Shown here in pieces: positions 10,001-22,300 of a DNA stretch of 52,468 nt (the stretch's first letter is position 1; each line of letters begins with the position of its first letter). The notes under the pieces were generated by a model, which had not been told where the DNA came from, did no database searches, and saw only the letters and a program-made list of their open reading frames with translations. The DNA is taken from assembly GCA_054600435.1 (NCBI GenBank), contig BAAIJX010000012.1:496001-548468 (forward strand), in the 5' to 3' direction. Made by a program: the position numbers and the translations under genes. The stretch is from Neophaeotheca triangularis. Lineage: Eukaryota.

Positions 10001-13000
10001 CTAGGCGCCCGTACGTCTGCTAAGCGTTTCGGTGAGCAATTGCTCTGATCTTATCCGGCTCGGGTGATCTTCTCTCAGTGTGGCCTTCCTTATCGCCACA
10101 ACATGCTCCAGTAGCTCGACTGCCTCGTCTACTCGGCTCTCCGCTAAGAAGGCTCTAGCCAGTTCGTGTTGAGACCCTAATAGATCAGGGTGATCCTCCC
10201 TCAGTGTGGCCTTCCTTATCGCCACAACATGCTCTAGTAGCTCGACTGCCTCCTCTACCCGGCTGTTCGCTGTGAGCGCTCTCGCAAGTTCGTGCTGAGA
10301 CGATAATAGATCCAAGTGATCCTCTCGCAGCGTGCTCTTCTGTATCGCGACGACGTGCTCCGCTAGCTCGACCGCCTCGTCTACCCGACTGTCCGCTAAG
10401 AAGGCTCTTGCAAGTTCGCGCTGAGACAATAATATATCAGGGTGATTCTCCCTCAGCGTGCTCTTCTGTATCACGACGACGTGCTCCGCTAGCTCGACTG
10501 CCTCGTCTACCCGACTGTCCGCTAAGAAGGCTCTAGCAAGTACGCGCTGAGACAATAATAGATCAGGGTGATCCTCCCTTAGCGTGACCTTCTGTATCGC
10601 GACGACGTGCTCCAACAGCTGGACTACCTCCTTCGTCCGTCCGTCTTGTAGGTATGCACTAGCAAGCGCACGCTGTGACGCTAGTCGAGAAGGATTGTCC
10701 TCTACTAGCGCGTCGTCGACTCGTACTAACTGCTCGAGTAGGTCGACTGCGTTCTTTGTCCGTCCGTCTTGTAGATATGCTCTAGCTAGCTCATGCTTTG
10801 ACGCTAGTCGATCAGGGTGGTCTTCTACTAGCGCTTCCTGGACTCGTAATACCTGCTCGAGTAGGTCGACTGCCTCCTTTGTCCGTCCGTCTTGCAGGTA
10901 TGCACTAGCGAGTACATGCTGTGACAGTAGTCGATTACGATTGTCTTCTACTAGCGCTTCTTCGACTCGTACTACCTGCTCGAGTAGGTCGACTGCCTCC
11001 TTTGTCCGTCCATCTCCTAGGTATGCACTAGCAAGCGCATGCTGTGACGCTAGTCGATAAGGATGGTCTTCTACTAGCGCTTCCTGGACTCGTAACACCT
11101 GCTCGAGTAGGTCGACCGCTGCCTTCGTCTGTCCTTCTTTTGTATACGCTAAAGCGAGGTTATGCTGTGACAATAATCGACCAGGATGATCTTCTGCGAG
11201 GTCCTCTAAGTACCGGTGTGATTCTTCAAGCCATGAGATTGCCTCTTTTGTTCTTCCATCGACGTAAAAGCACCAACCCACGCGGATGCACAAAAGGCCC
11301 TTGTTCTCATTTTCGGGCTCAACCGCACGACTCTTCATGCGTGCTGCGTGAGGGAGGTAAGCCCGCCACTTCTCGCGGTTCTTGTGTTCGCCATAAGGAT
11401 GTATTGACGCGAGATGCGACAAGGCCCATTTTCGAGTCGCTTCAGATTCGCCGTACTTCTCGTTCCAGATTCGCGTTGCGAGATGAACCAAGCGATGCAT
11501 ATCGTAGGTTCTGTCACCGAGCTTTTCGTCTTGCCTCTCGGACAAGAAAGCGTATGAGCAGAGCATCCCGACTGCTCTCGTCGAATGTGCCTTCAGCTCC
11601 CATTGCGGCAAAATGGACCTCGGGATCGCTTTCCATTCAATGCACGAGATGTAGCGCAAAATCTCTGCCGCATACCAATTCTGCTCGGCTATCTTGTGGA
11701 AGGAGATCAAGTATGTCGTCGCAATAGTACTGTCTACATGCGTGTAGCGAGTATCGTCTCCAAGCTCGGCGCTCAACACTTCGATGGCCTCTTTTTCGGA
11801 ATCTCGGATGAGGTTGAGGTAGTCGGCCACTGATATGCAGTTGACATCGATGTACGCGGCGGCTTGCATTATTGCCAACGGCAAATTGTCCAGTTCCTCC
11901 AAAAGCTGCTTCATAGCGACACACTCGTCGTGGCTGATCTGCGAGTCTCCGCAGCTCACCGCCTGTCGCAGAATAGTCATCGCATCTTCGTCGGACACCT
12001 TCTCCATGTTGATAACATCAGTGCGAGCAACCCGTCGACCGACTTCTCGAGTGCGTGTGGTAAACAACGTCAGCCCTTGACTGCTGCGCGGGAGGTTAGA
12101 TAGCACGTCCCGAACCACAATGTCCACATCATCGGCATTGTCGATGATCAACAGCCATTTCCCCGACTTCGTATCACTGAGGTGTTTGCAAACCACCTCC
12201 TGAGCGTTCGTTTTGTCGTCCGGGCGAAGAATCTGCAACTTTTCCGCGATCTCCACGAAAGCCCGGTCGATGGTCTCGGGACTCACTGCGGGTACCCAGA
12301 AGATAGAGTAGTTCAGACGATTCTTCCAAACAGAGTACGCGAAGCTCAATGCCACCTGGGTCTTTCCGATGCCCCCGAGTCCGAACAATGCCACAGTCTG
12401 ACGGCATGGCTCGCCGAAGAATTTCTTCTCAAGAGCTTCGAGCTCCGGGAGACGGCCAACGAAGTCAGGGTTTTCATTGAAAGGAATGTTGTGCACTCGA
12501 GCTATAATGGGGATCAAGGTTAGAAGCCAAAAATTTGTCGGGTTGTAACGGGATATTCACGTACGAATCTGTTCTTCCTCCTGTATCTTTGCCACTTCCG
12601 TCGCCTGCATAGTGAGCAGAATCTCCTTGGCGTAGGCCGCCGCTGTTGCTGCAGCGTATCTCTGCCATCTTTTGTCCTTATGGGAGTCGGCGTAGTCACA
12701 AATGCCCCGGATAACGAGGCAAGGGAAGTTGTTCATGAGCCCCGCCGCCTCCATTTCGAAGCAAATTACCTTCTCCTCTGCCGCAATCCGATCCCTTGTC
12801 TTAGCATCTCTCATGACTTGATCACCTGAGGCGATGTTCCCAAAATGAACCGTGATCTCTCTTTCGTCAAGGCTCGACGACCGTGGAACCAACCTGTTCT
12901 TATCGCAAGCGTTGCAGTCCCCCCACTCGCCCTCATGGTTGTAGTCAGTATCGAACAGCCAGTCGTTCTCCCGGCCCGGATGACTGTAGCCTGCTCTCAT

Positions 13001-13540
13001 GCGTGGTTGGCGAGACAACATGTCGCCTATATGTTGCGACATTCGTGGTTCCTCGAACTCATGCTGCGCCTGCAACGAAGAAAGCGCGTTCAGTAAAGCC
13101 ACCGGTGGCCGATCTAGCGTTCCCGTCCGTCTGAACGTAGATCCATGTTCCGTTGTCTCTGTTTTGCCGAAGTCCCATTGCACGACTCCGCCGTGTCGGT
13201 CTGTTGGCTGGTTCACCACCACATCACCAAGACGTATGTCCTTGCTCGGCACTCCACCACCTATCCCAACCATCAATCCGACACGGATACCAAAGCTGCG
13301 AGTCATATTTACCGCTACCGCGGCCGCCTGAGCTTTGCCAGTGCTTCCGGCTGGCAAGCAAGCTATAACGACGTCGTGATCTCCGATTCGGCCGAGCATG
13401 TAGGTGTTCGAGTCGCCTAAAGCTGGCGGCAACTTCGGATGCTCTTCATCCAGCATCTGATAGACAGCGGCCGCCTCCAGAGGCAATGCGCACACGACGC
13501 CAACCCCATAAGAATTGCGAGTGCGCATTTTGGGAGGCAT
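10001..13540 (-). CDS. Fungal NLR: PNP_UDP_1 effector - NB-ARC - TPR repeats, 2 exons (13540-12565, 12501-10001)
   Basis: Exon 1 has GVVCALPLE, LMVGIGGGVP, CFEMEAAG and VIRGICDYADSHK (PNP_UDP). The 63-nt intron GTACGT...TTCTAAC...TAG (12564-12502) joins in frame to Walker A GLGGIGKT, Walker B WLLIIDNAD, FTTR, LPLAIMQAA, the MHRLVH motif and the TPR array. Confidence 0.93.
10070..11191 (-). repeat. Highly internally conserved TPR coding repeat array: 4 x 123 nt plus 5 x 126 nt, then a partial unit
   Basis: Units DHPxRLxSQHxLAxAY...EALVE (41 aa) and DHPDLLxSQxELARAF...TLRE (42 aa), counted directly in the translation. Confidence 0.93.
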
Positions 13541-15370
13541 GGCGACATACAAGAGAAGCCCCTGCGGTGCTGAAGTGGTCCCGAGAGTCGAGACGTCTAC
13601 TGGCTCATCGAGCCTACTTACAATCAACCCAAGAGCGAGGCTGTCCAGCCAAGCTCAGCCTCGCTAAAGGGCGCATGCAGGCTGCTCCTTCGTTCTTCTA
13701 CCTGCGGGGTTTAATATCGATGGCTGCAAGGCTACGGATATTTATCGTGATCACGCGGACACGCCTAGATAGCTTGCCTTGTTCGCTCGTTTCCTAGATT
13801 GTTCGTTGCGTTGCTCCATGTTGTTGGCGTCCAGCAAATGAGAGCCACGTGGACCACTGGCAGGCTTGGAAAGCCTTGGCGTGCAGCAATTCACACTAGA
13901 AGCTGCAAGTGGGCGGCAGGAAAGCCAGGTAGCTCTGAGCTCTACCCATGCCCTTCTGCGGTGCAGCATATCCAAAGGAAGAGTGAAAAAGTCTTGGGAG
14001 AGGACTGCATAAGGCGCGCCCCGCCCTCAGCACGTGTCCATCGCCTGAGCGAGCAATCCAGCCAGCAAATGAGGTTGATGGCTTCATAGCTGTATGAGGT
14101 CTGGGCTCATCATGCTTCAGAAGCCTACAGATGCTGCTGAGCGTGACAAGATGAGTCGTAGGCCTTACTCCGAGCAATGCGATGTTCCCGTAGCGGTTTG
14201 GCGGGTTCAATCAAGGACGGTATCTGTAAGGCAGTTGACTGTCTAATTCTTTACCTTTCCCGTAAGTCAGTGTCAGATCACATCGGCTTGCCGTTCACCG
14301 TCGAGCACTTGAGGGTGATGGCTTCACAGCAACCTGGAATGTAGTCGCCGGCCATTGCCACCTGTAGGCGGTCAAGACTTTGCCAAGGCCGAGTGTGTCA
14401 GCGAGAAGCTCAGCCAAGCATCGTGCCATGCATTGCCCTGGGGCCCACCACAACGACGTCGTCTCAAGATTGGGACGTGTTTAAAACCTTCGTCGTGATA
14501 TCCATCTCGTGCTATCTCGACTCGTTGTCGTAAAGTGCTGACGGCAAGAATCCTGCATGAGAGTACGGAGCTCTACCAGCGAAGAAGGACGTTGAGAAGA
14601 AAACCTTGGAAGAGTTCGGCGCAATCGGCTTTTGATGAAGAAAGTTTTCGCCATGTGCAGAAGGTTGACAAGACTTGCTGACCTTTCTGGCATGGTCCGA
14701 CTCGCCACACCCACGATACTCGACTTTCGCCAATAACTGAGGCTTCTCACGCAATAATGCCAAATACCCATTCCACATGGCGCGGACCAGGGACGCTTTT
14801 CTCAAGTGATGTATTCAGCCGTTCGAGCCGGGGTCTCGGTACGCACAACGGTCGCAACCTATCACACGTGCTATCATGCGAAGATCGCCATCCGACGAGC
14901 CGGGACAGGTCCAGCTCGGTTATTCAACGGCGGACGAAATGCTCCGCAAAGATTAGAAGATGCAGAATTCATTCGTTCTCTCTACGTCAGAAGTGCGGGT
15001 TGCCTCTGACCTCAGGATCCTGCTCCGCCGATTGACCAGTGGCAACATCAGTACTCAGCCCACTACGCATTCGGCGTGATTTTAGCTGCATCGCGACTGT
15101 CCATGATTGCAACCATCTAACCGAGCCCATCGACTTCTTAAGTACATCCCTCCCGTGGCCGCTCAGCTCTTCCTTGTCCTCGCTCAGCCACGTTAGCCCC
15201 GCCAGCGTTGTACTTATAACCATTCCTCACAGAGTTGGAATCCTTTCTTTACGCTCCTCTTCGCATTTTGGAAAACCACCCCCATCGGATTAAATGCTGC
15301 AGTCGGTCACCGGCGTCGATCCTTACTTTCACTACACCGGAGTGCTCACGCGCTCTATTCGGTCGATAAA

Positions 15371-17375
15371 ATGGCGATGAATGACCCGGAAAAGTCCAAT
15401 AGAGACTCATCATCTTCCCTCTCTTCGCCGGTCACGGACAAGCCGAAGCAGAATGCCGCCGAAATGCCTCAGGAAAAGCCCGAGGACTATGGTCCAGCAC
15501 CACCCAGCTACGACCCTGAATCTGGCAGGAAGGGCTCACGCTCCCAGCAACCTAGGATGAACCGCATCGACAGGCCGAGCATCGCGCCCATCATCTCGAA
15601 CGGCTCGATCGGTGACGCGAACTCCGAGCAGAGCATCTCAGTGGGCAGGCAGGTAGAGACTGAAGCCGGTAACGCCATCAAGTATCGCACTTGCAGCTGG
15701 CAAAAGGTGTGAATTCCCGTGACCGTATCTTTCTTCTTTTTACGGCTACTGCGCTCCCAACGTGTTCATGCGCAAGCGCACCCAGCTATTACATTGCAGT
15801 TTCGTGCGTTGTAGCTGCACGCACTTGTAGCAGCAAAGTGCGCTCCCCTCCCTGCTGCCGCAAACTGCAAACTATCGCCCCTAGCATCGGTCCTTTGCTT
15901 GGGGGGCAAAAGAAGCACAGCACAGCAAAAAACACTACTGAAGGACTTGATCTAATCATCTCCTCTACAGACTGCAGCTCTACTGTTCTCCGAGTACATT
16001 TGCTTGGCCATCATGTCGTTCCCCTATTCTTACTCAGTCCTTGGCCTCGTGCCAGGTCTAATTATGACCGTGGTGGTGGCAGGGTTGGTTCTGTACACCT
16101 CGCTCATAGTCTGGTACGTAGCCTATTCCCAGCATCCATCATCGGCCTACCAAGTGCGAGACAACTTACATTCCTACTTAGGGAGTTTTGCCTCCGACAC
16201 CCGGAAGTCAAAGACGTCTGCGACATTGGTCAAATGCTCTTCGGCGGCGGAAAGTGGGCTTGGTGGTTCACAGCCGTCATGTTCATCCTCAACAACACTT
16301 TCATCCAGGGCTTCCACTGCCTTGTCGGCGCCGAATACCTCAACACCATGACCAATCACAGCATTTGCACCATCGGCTTCAGCGCCGTATTTGCAGTAGC
16401 ACAATTCGTCTGCTCGCTACCTCGAACCTTCTCCGCCCTAGCCAAACTCGCCACCTTCTCAGCCCTCTTCACCTTTATCTCCGTCCTCCTCGCCGCCATC
16501 TTCGCTGGCATCGAAGACCACCCAAATAACTACCCAGCCCTTGGCCCCATCAACGTCCTCGTCATCCCGGTCAAGAGCACAACCTTCGTAGCTGGCATGA
16601 ACGCCTTCCTCAACATTGCCTACACCTTCATCGGCCAAATCACCATCCCCTCCTTCATCGCGGAAATGAAAGAACCCGCCGACTTTCCCAAAGCCCTCTG
16701 GGCCGTCACCATCTGCGAAATCATCGTCTTTGGGACCGTCGGCGCCGTCATCTACGCTTACACGGGCACAAATTACAACGTCGCGCCCGCTTTCGGCTCT
16801 CTCGGAAACGAGACGTTCAAGAAATTGAGTTTCAGCTTCATGGTCCCGACACTCATCTTTCTGGGAGTGCTCTACGCTTCCGTGACGGCCCGTTTCGTCT
16901 TCTTCCGCATTTTCGCAGGCACCAAACACATGGGAAATCATACCGTCGTCGGATGGGCAAGCTGGGCGGGCATCCTAGCCGTGACGTGGGTCCTCGCCTT
17001 CATCATCGCCGAAGTCATACCTTTCTTCTCCGACTTGCTGTCACTGACGAGTAGTCTTTTCGACTCGTTCTTTGGTTTCATATTCTGGGGAGTCGCATAC
17101 CTTCGCATGCGCAAGGCGGATTATGGACCTAGGTTTTGGGCTACGAGGGGTTGGAAGGGCTGGGTGGGGTTGGTGTTTAATGTTGTGATTATTGGAATTG
17201 GGTTTTTCTTCTTGAGTGCTGGGACTTATGTGAGTTACTCCCCCTTCCCACTTCTACCCGATAGAACGTGGACACTGACGTGCGGGTTCTTCAGGCCTCC
17301 GTACAAGCTATCGTCGACGGCTACAACGACGGCTCTTTCCCGGGTGCCTTCTCTTGTGCGAACAATGGCCTGTAA
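15371..17375 (+). CDS. Amino-acid permease (Aa_trans/AAAP family, Mtr-like), 4 exons (introns 15707-15970, 16114-16181, 17230-17294)
   Basis: Spliced ...IKYRTCSWQK/TAALLFSEYICLAIMSFPYSYSVLGLVPG...W/EFCLRHPEVKDVCDIG...AYTFIGQITIPSFIAEMKEP...GTY/ASVQAIVDGY...FSCANNGL*. Multiple hydrophobic helices and canonical GT-AG introns. Confidence 0.92.
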
Positions 17376-19323
17376 GCCTCAGGGTAGAAACTGTGGCGAC
17401 GTGATAGCTTCGATATTCAATAGATTACAAGGCAGCAAGCAATGTCACCGAATGTTGGAAGTTACAAGATAGAAGGAAAACCTTCTTGGAAAGGCGCAGA
17501 TAACACATAACATTTACCTTGTGCTCAACCCAGAGACCGCTCACGTAGCAACTTCATCGCCATGCTAGTAAGAACATCCGGTAAGATTTCGTGAGCAACA
17601 GCTTCCAGCAGGAGCCGTCAGCTCCGCGAGACAGCTTTTCCCAAGCCCAGCATGACCCAAAGGGCTACGACATTCCCGCACGCTGAAGAACCATACATCC
17701 GCAGCGTCAGAACACTCACCCCCCTCACTGTCCAGAAGCCCAAAACACCCAAAGGCCTCAAATCCCACCAACCGTCCCCCCAACAGCTCTCTCAAGCTCT
17801 CAGCCAGCAAACCACCCCGAACCGCCCGCCAGCGAGAGCCACACCTTCCAACCTCCCCAACGAGCAGAAGCGAAGACCCAAAAAAAGCGAAAGAACACTT
17901 CATCCCTTCACCAAGATCCACGCACCTAGCACCAGACGCCGAGAGAGTGCTCGGCCACGAGACAACTACACGCTAGCGCGGAAGCAATCCAGAACCCGAA
18001 AGAGCGAGTGCGCTGTCACAGCAGGGCGGCGAGTTTCGAGGAGTAGTGGAGCCAAGGGCGGCCGGCCCCTGGAAGTTGGGAATGTTTGAGGAGTCGGGCC
18101 AGATGCTATGTACCTTGGCAAGCCTCGCTTGAAAATCTGCACTTTCTAGCTTTATTTGCTCTGGCGGCACTTTGTACTTCTTTTATGATTAGCGTTGCGG
18201 ATGATCCCTGTCGAAGACTTCTTGATTAGGGGTGGAGCGTTTAGAGGCTAAGGACTAAAGCTCGGAAGCTGGAGAGGGAGGCGGTGTTCGCAACAGCAAG
18301 TAGCAAAGATTGGGGGAATGTGAGACAGTTGCAAGCCAGACCGGTGGTAATCAACAAGGAGGCAGATGAAAACTGGTGAATTTCAATCGCTCGAGACACT
18401 ACTTGCTACAAAGACACTGCTAAAATAATACAACAAAAGCAACGGCAGCAGCAACAGACCCTCGAAAGAACCCAACCCCAGCATAGCAAAACCAAAAGAC
18501 TCAAATACCAAAATCAATCAAGCAAGCAAAACCAAAACTTTCCGTCAACCTCTGACCGGTACCGGGCCGCTCTTGCTTGCCTTTCCTTTCCCCTTTCGCG
18601 TCGCTTAATCAATTCCTTCATCCCATGCCTCTTTTGCTCGGCCCACTCGATTTCCTCGCGCGTATGACGATGATCACGCCCTCCCATAGTCTGCAGCCGA
18701 AAAGAAAGGAGCTCCTGCTGCAACTTGATCGTGATAGTGCTCTTCTTCACTTCTTCCGAATCCCATACCACACCATCTACCGCGTGTGACCTTGACGCTC
18801 CTGAGGGCTTCCGCTCCCAGAGAGCAGTCATTCGCATACCTGCAAGCTGGAAAGTCTGCTCGCTCGGTTGTGTTCTCCGCGTCGATGATGGCGCCAATGA
18901 TGTGAGTGTTGTTGTAAGTGTTGAGTGTGGTGTTCGTGAAATTCAAAGATAGTATATCGGGTCAGTCGATGCAGCCCTTGCTCCACGAAATCGAACCTGC
19001 CGTGAGGAAGCAGACCGGCTAAAGCAGAGAGGGAGCCAGTCTCGCGGTGACGCACGCGGTGGGCTGTTCACCCGTTCGCTGTCGTCGGTTCCGAGAGCGT
19101 TGATGCTGCTTGTTCCGGCTGAAGGTCCGAAGATGGACAAGGGCTGTGTAGTAGGGTGGTTCTCCCTAGGTGATCGTTGGAAGAATCCTCGACAGTCGCG
19201 CAGTAACAGAAAAGGTGTCGCAGAGTAGACAAGTTGCAAAAAAAGAGAAAAGAGGTATATGGAGCTATAAATAGACATGCGGAGACAGCCGCGGCGGTGA
19301 GGAAGACGCATGTAAGGATGCTC

Positions 19324-22300
19324 TTAAAGAGCAAAGGGGTTGAGTGAGCGAATAGTCAAGCAGCTGTGCGATCATTCGAGTTAGTCATCATGAAGCACAG
19401 GGCAGAGTGGGAGGATGTAAACATACGGCGGGGACTTTGTCAAATCGGTTCTCAGCAGAACGGGTACCCGCGTCATCTCGCGCACGTCTTGGATGGCGCT
19501 GCCGTCCTTTTCTCGCAGAGCGAAGTATTGCAGGTACTTCTCCTTGTTGGTCAACTTCGCCTCGGTGGTGTTGGCTGGGTTAAGAATACGGCTGTCAGAC
19601 TTGCTGCGCGAGGGAGCAAGACCGTTGCGGGAAGGCGAGGGCGGGCCGGACTGCGTGGCGCGGTCGTTGTTGAGAGCGACGCCAGCGGTGGTGTTGTCGG
19701 TGACTTCGGACGCGGCATCGTCTTCGGCGTCGTCGTCGAAGAGGGCGTCTTGGTCTGAGGGATCCATGGTGCCGGTATTCATACGGTGGGACTCGGCTTC
19801 TTGATTCTCTCTAGCACGAGCAGCGGCGGCGTCACGGGCTGCGGTGGAGGCACCCATGCCGCGGGTGTTGCTGGCTTTAGGTCGCTCGTCTTCGGGAACG
19901 AAGGCGGAAGAAGGGACACCCTTCTCCCAGTGAAGCTCGAGCAAACGCTGGGTTCTGTTGAATTCTGCCTTCCTCAGTGGCAGCTGGTCGCAATGGACAC
20001 GCTTTTCAAAGCCGTACTCTGGGATGAGAACGTCAAAAGCGGATTCGTAGACGCAAACGACAATACCGACGCTGATGAGGTCGGCGCCTTGCTCTTCGGC
20101 CATGCGGCTCATCATGCGGCAAGACTCGATGTGCACGCTTTGCTCTTGCGCAGCGTGAGCAGAGTCCTTCTTCGTGTTGCAGCTTTCAGCTGTCTTGGCA
20201 AGCGTCTCCAGGTCCTCGCTGAAGGCAGATGGCTCGCCAGCGAGGACTGCCTCGAGCTGACGGTGGACAACAATGTCGGCATAGCGGCGCGACGGGTTCG
20301 TGAAATGAGTGTAGAGCGGCATGTTGAGCGCGTAGTGGGCCAGGTAGTCATCGGCGGACTTGCCTGGAACAATGTATTTGGCGCGCTTCATGGTCTTGGC
20401 GACGAGAGTCTCCATACCCTTGCGGACGTCAGAGTCTTCGATGCGGAAGAGGCTGTTCTGTAGAGCACTGCTGGTGCTGATGTCCATCTCATAGCCAATG
20501 TTGTTCATCCGCTCGGCAAAGAGTTGCAACCTGCGAGGGTTGGGCATAGCATTGATGCGGAGGAGAGCCCGCTCTTGAAGACCTGCATAAATCTTGTCGG
20601 CGATGACAGCGTTGGCCTTGTGGCTGAGCTCCTCAATCATTTCATGGGCCGGCGAAGAGTCGAAAATGTTGTGCTCAACGGGTACGTTTTCGTCGTCGAG
20701 CTGGTACAGCAAGCGAAGGGGTGGGATATCACTCTCCTCTCCACCAAAGCGAGCCTGACGGAACTTGGAAGTGATGTTGTGAAGCATCGAGATTTGCTCT
20801 TTACGTTCCTTGGTCAGGGACTCGGCCTCATCGCCGTTGATAACAGCGTCAACCTCATCGTAGGCGAGCTTGCCAGTGCTCTTGATGACGGCCTTGCCAA
20901 CCCACGTGTCTCCTTCAACCACACGGCCAGTAGCTGCGTTGACCTTGAAGACCACAGACACGGTGAAGCGCTCCTCGTCAGGGTTCAAGCAGAGAATGTC
21001 GGTAGAAAGCTTGGGAGGGAGCATGTTGACGCTTCTATTCATCAAGTAGACACCCGTGCCACGCTTCTTGGCCTCGCGATCTACGAGTGAGTTGGCCTTG
21101 ACAAAGTGAGCCACGTCGGCAACGTGAATGCCAATCTCGACCTGTCCGTCCCCGAGGTCCTTGAAGTGGAGGGCATCGTCGAGCTCCTTGCTGCCGTTGG
21201 GGTCAATGGTGAAGGTCTTCTCCTCGCGGAAGTCGCGGCGACCCTCGAGTGCCGCCTCGCCTTCAGAGGCGACGGTCCATTCGTCAAAGCCAACGTTCTT
21301 AACGACGGCATCCGAGAAGTCGTCGGGGCCGAAGTTGTTGTCGCGAAGCAAGGCATCGGTTTCTACCTTAAGTTCACCTGCCTCGCCGAGCTGCTCAACC
21401 AGAGTGCCAAATGGGTGCAAAGATGTAATAGGCCAGCGTTTTATGCAAGCAACAAAGATCTTTGTGGCGTAATCCTGGTGACGCTCGACGAAGTCTTTGG
21501 GTGCCTGTTCGGTGGGAATGGCAATGAGAGGCACACGCTTGTCTGTCGGCTTGAACCACACAATCTTTGGGCGTTCTTGAGGACGCTCGGGGCGCTGGTT
21601 GCCGCCTTCGCGAGCTTGACGCTCCGCCTCCTGCTTCTCCTTGGTGGCCTGGCTGCTTGGACGCAAAAGACCAAGGGATCCAGAGAACATCTGACCAGCC
21701 GTGCGCTCGATGACAGCAACGATATGTCCAGCGTAGAGGGGCTTCTGTTCGTCGTTGATCTCGTCCTCCTCCATAAGAAGAATGCTTTGTCCCTCAACCT
21801 CAACATCGTCATTCTTCTTCTGCGTAGGGCGCTGCTTCAGACTGCCACGGCGACGTAGGCCCCCGTCCTGTGCGGCAGACGCGCTCTCGGGCGCAGTGGT
21901 GGCGTCGTTGACTGCAGTGACGCTACCGTTGCGCTGGTCTGTGACATCCTTGCGTTTCTTTTTCTCTTCTTTCTCGCGCTTCTGGCCCCAAACCTCGTCA
22001 ACATCGAGGAGCTCAACAGCTACGAGGTCGCCCTCGAGGGCACGGTTGCGGTCCTTGCTGCCACAGATGAAGATGTCGGCATCAAGGTCTGTCGTCGTAA
22101 CGTAGGCATCGCTGCGGTTCTTCTTGTTGACGCGGAGGATTCCCGCAACAAGCTGGCCGTCAGCGAGCAAGGCAGGCAGGGTGGCCTGCGGCAAGTAAGG
22201 GGTGAAAAGTGTCTTGCGCTGCTGTTGCTGCTGCTGCATATTCATTTGAGGCGCGTTGTGCTGGCTGCCTGTAATGTTGGCAAGGCTTGGGTTGAGACCT

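Noticed and set aside
10584..11060. Repetitive 158-aa plus-strand ORF
   Set aside because: Antisense shadow of the NLR TPR repeats.
12557..13627. Stand-alone nucleoside phosphorylase gene separate from the NB-ARC ORF
   Set aside because: A canonical 63-nt intron joins the two ORFs in frame. The TTG starts given by the track are not credible eukaryotic starts.
17565..18952. Several 100-145 aa ORFs between the permease and SSD1
   Set aside because: No recognisable domain or consistent exon structure. A lineage-specific gene cannot be excluded without RNA-seq.
19068..19334. Apparent secreted Cys-containing peptide (MLFKSILTCVFLTAAAVSA...)
   Set aside because: It starts at TTG, overlaps the SSD1 last exon and stop, and lies in the SSD1 3' UTR.
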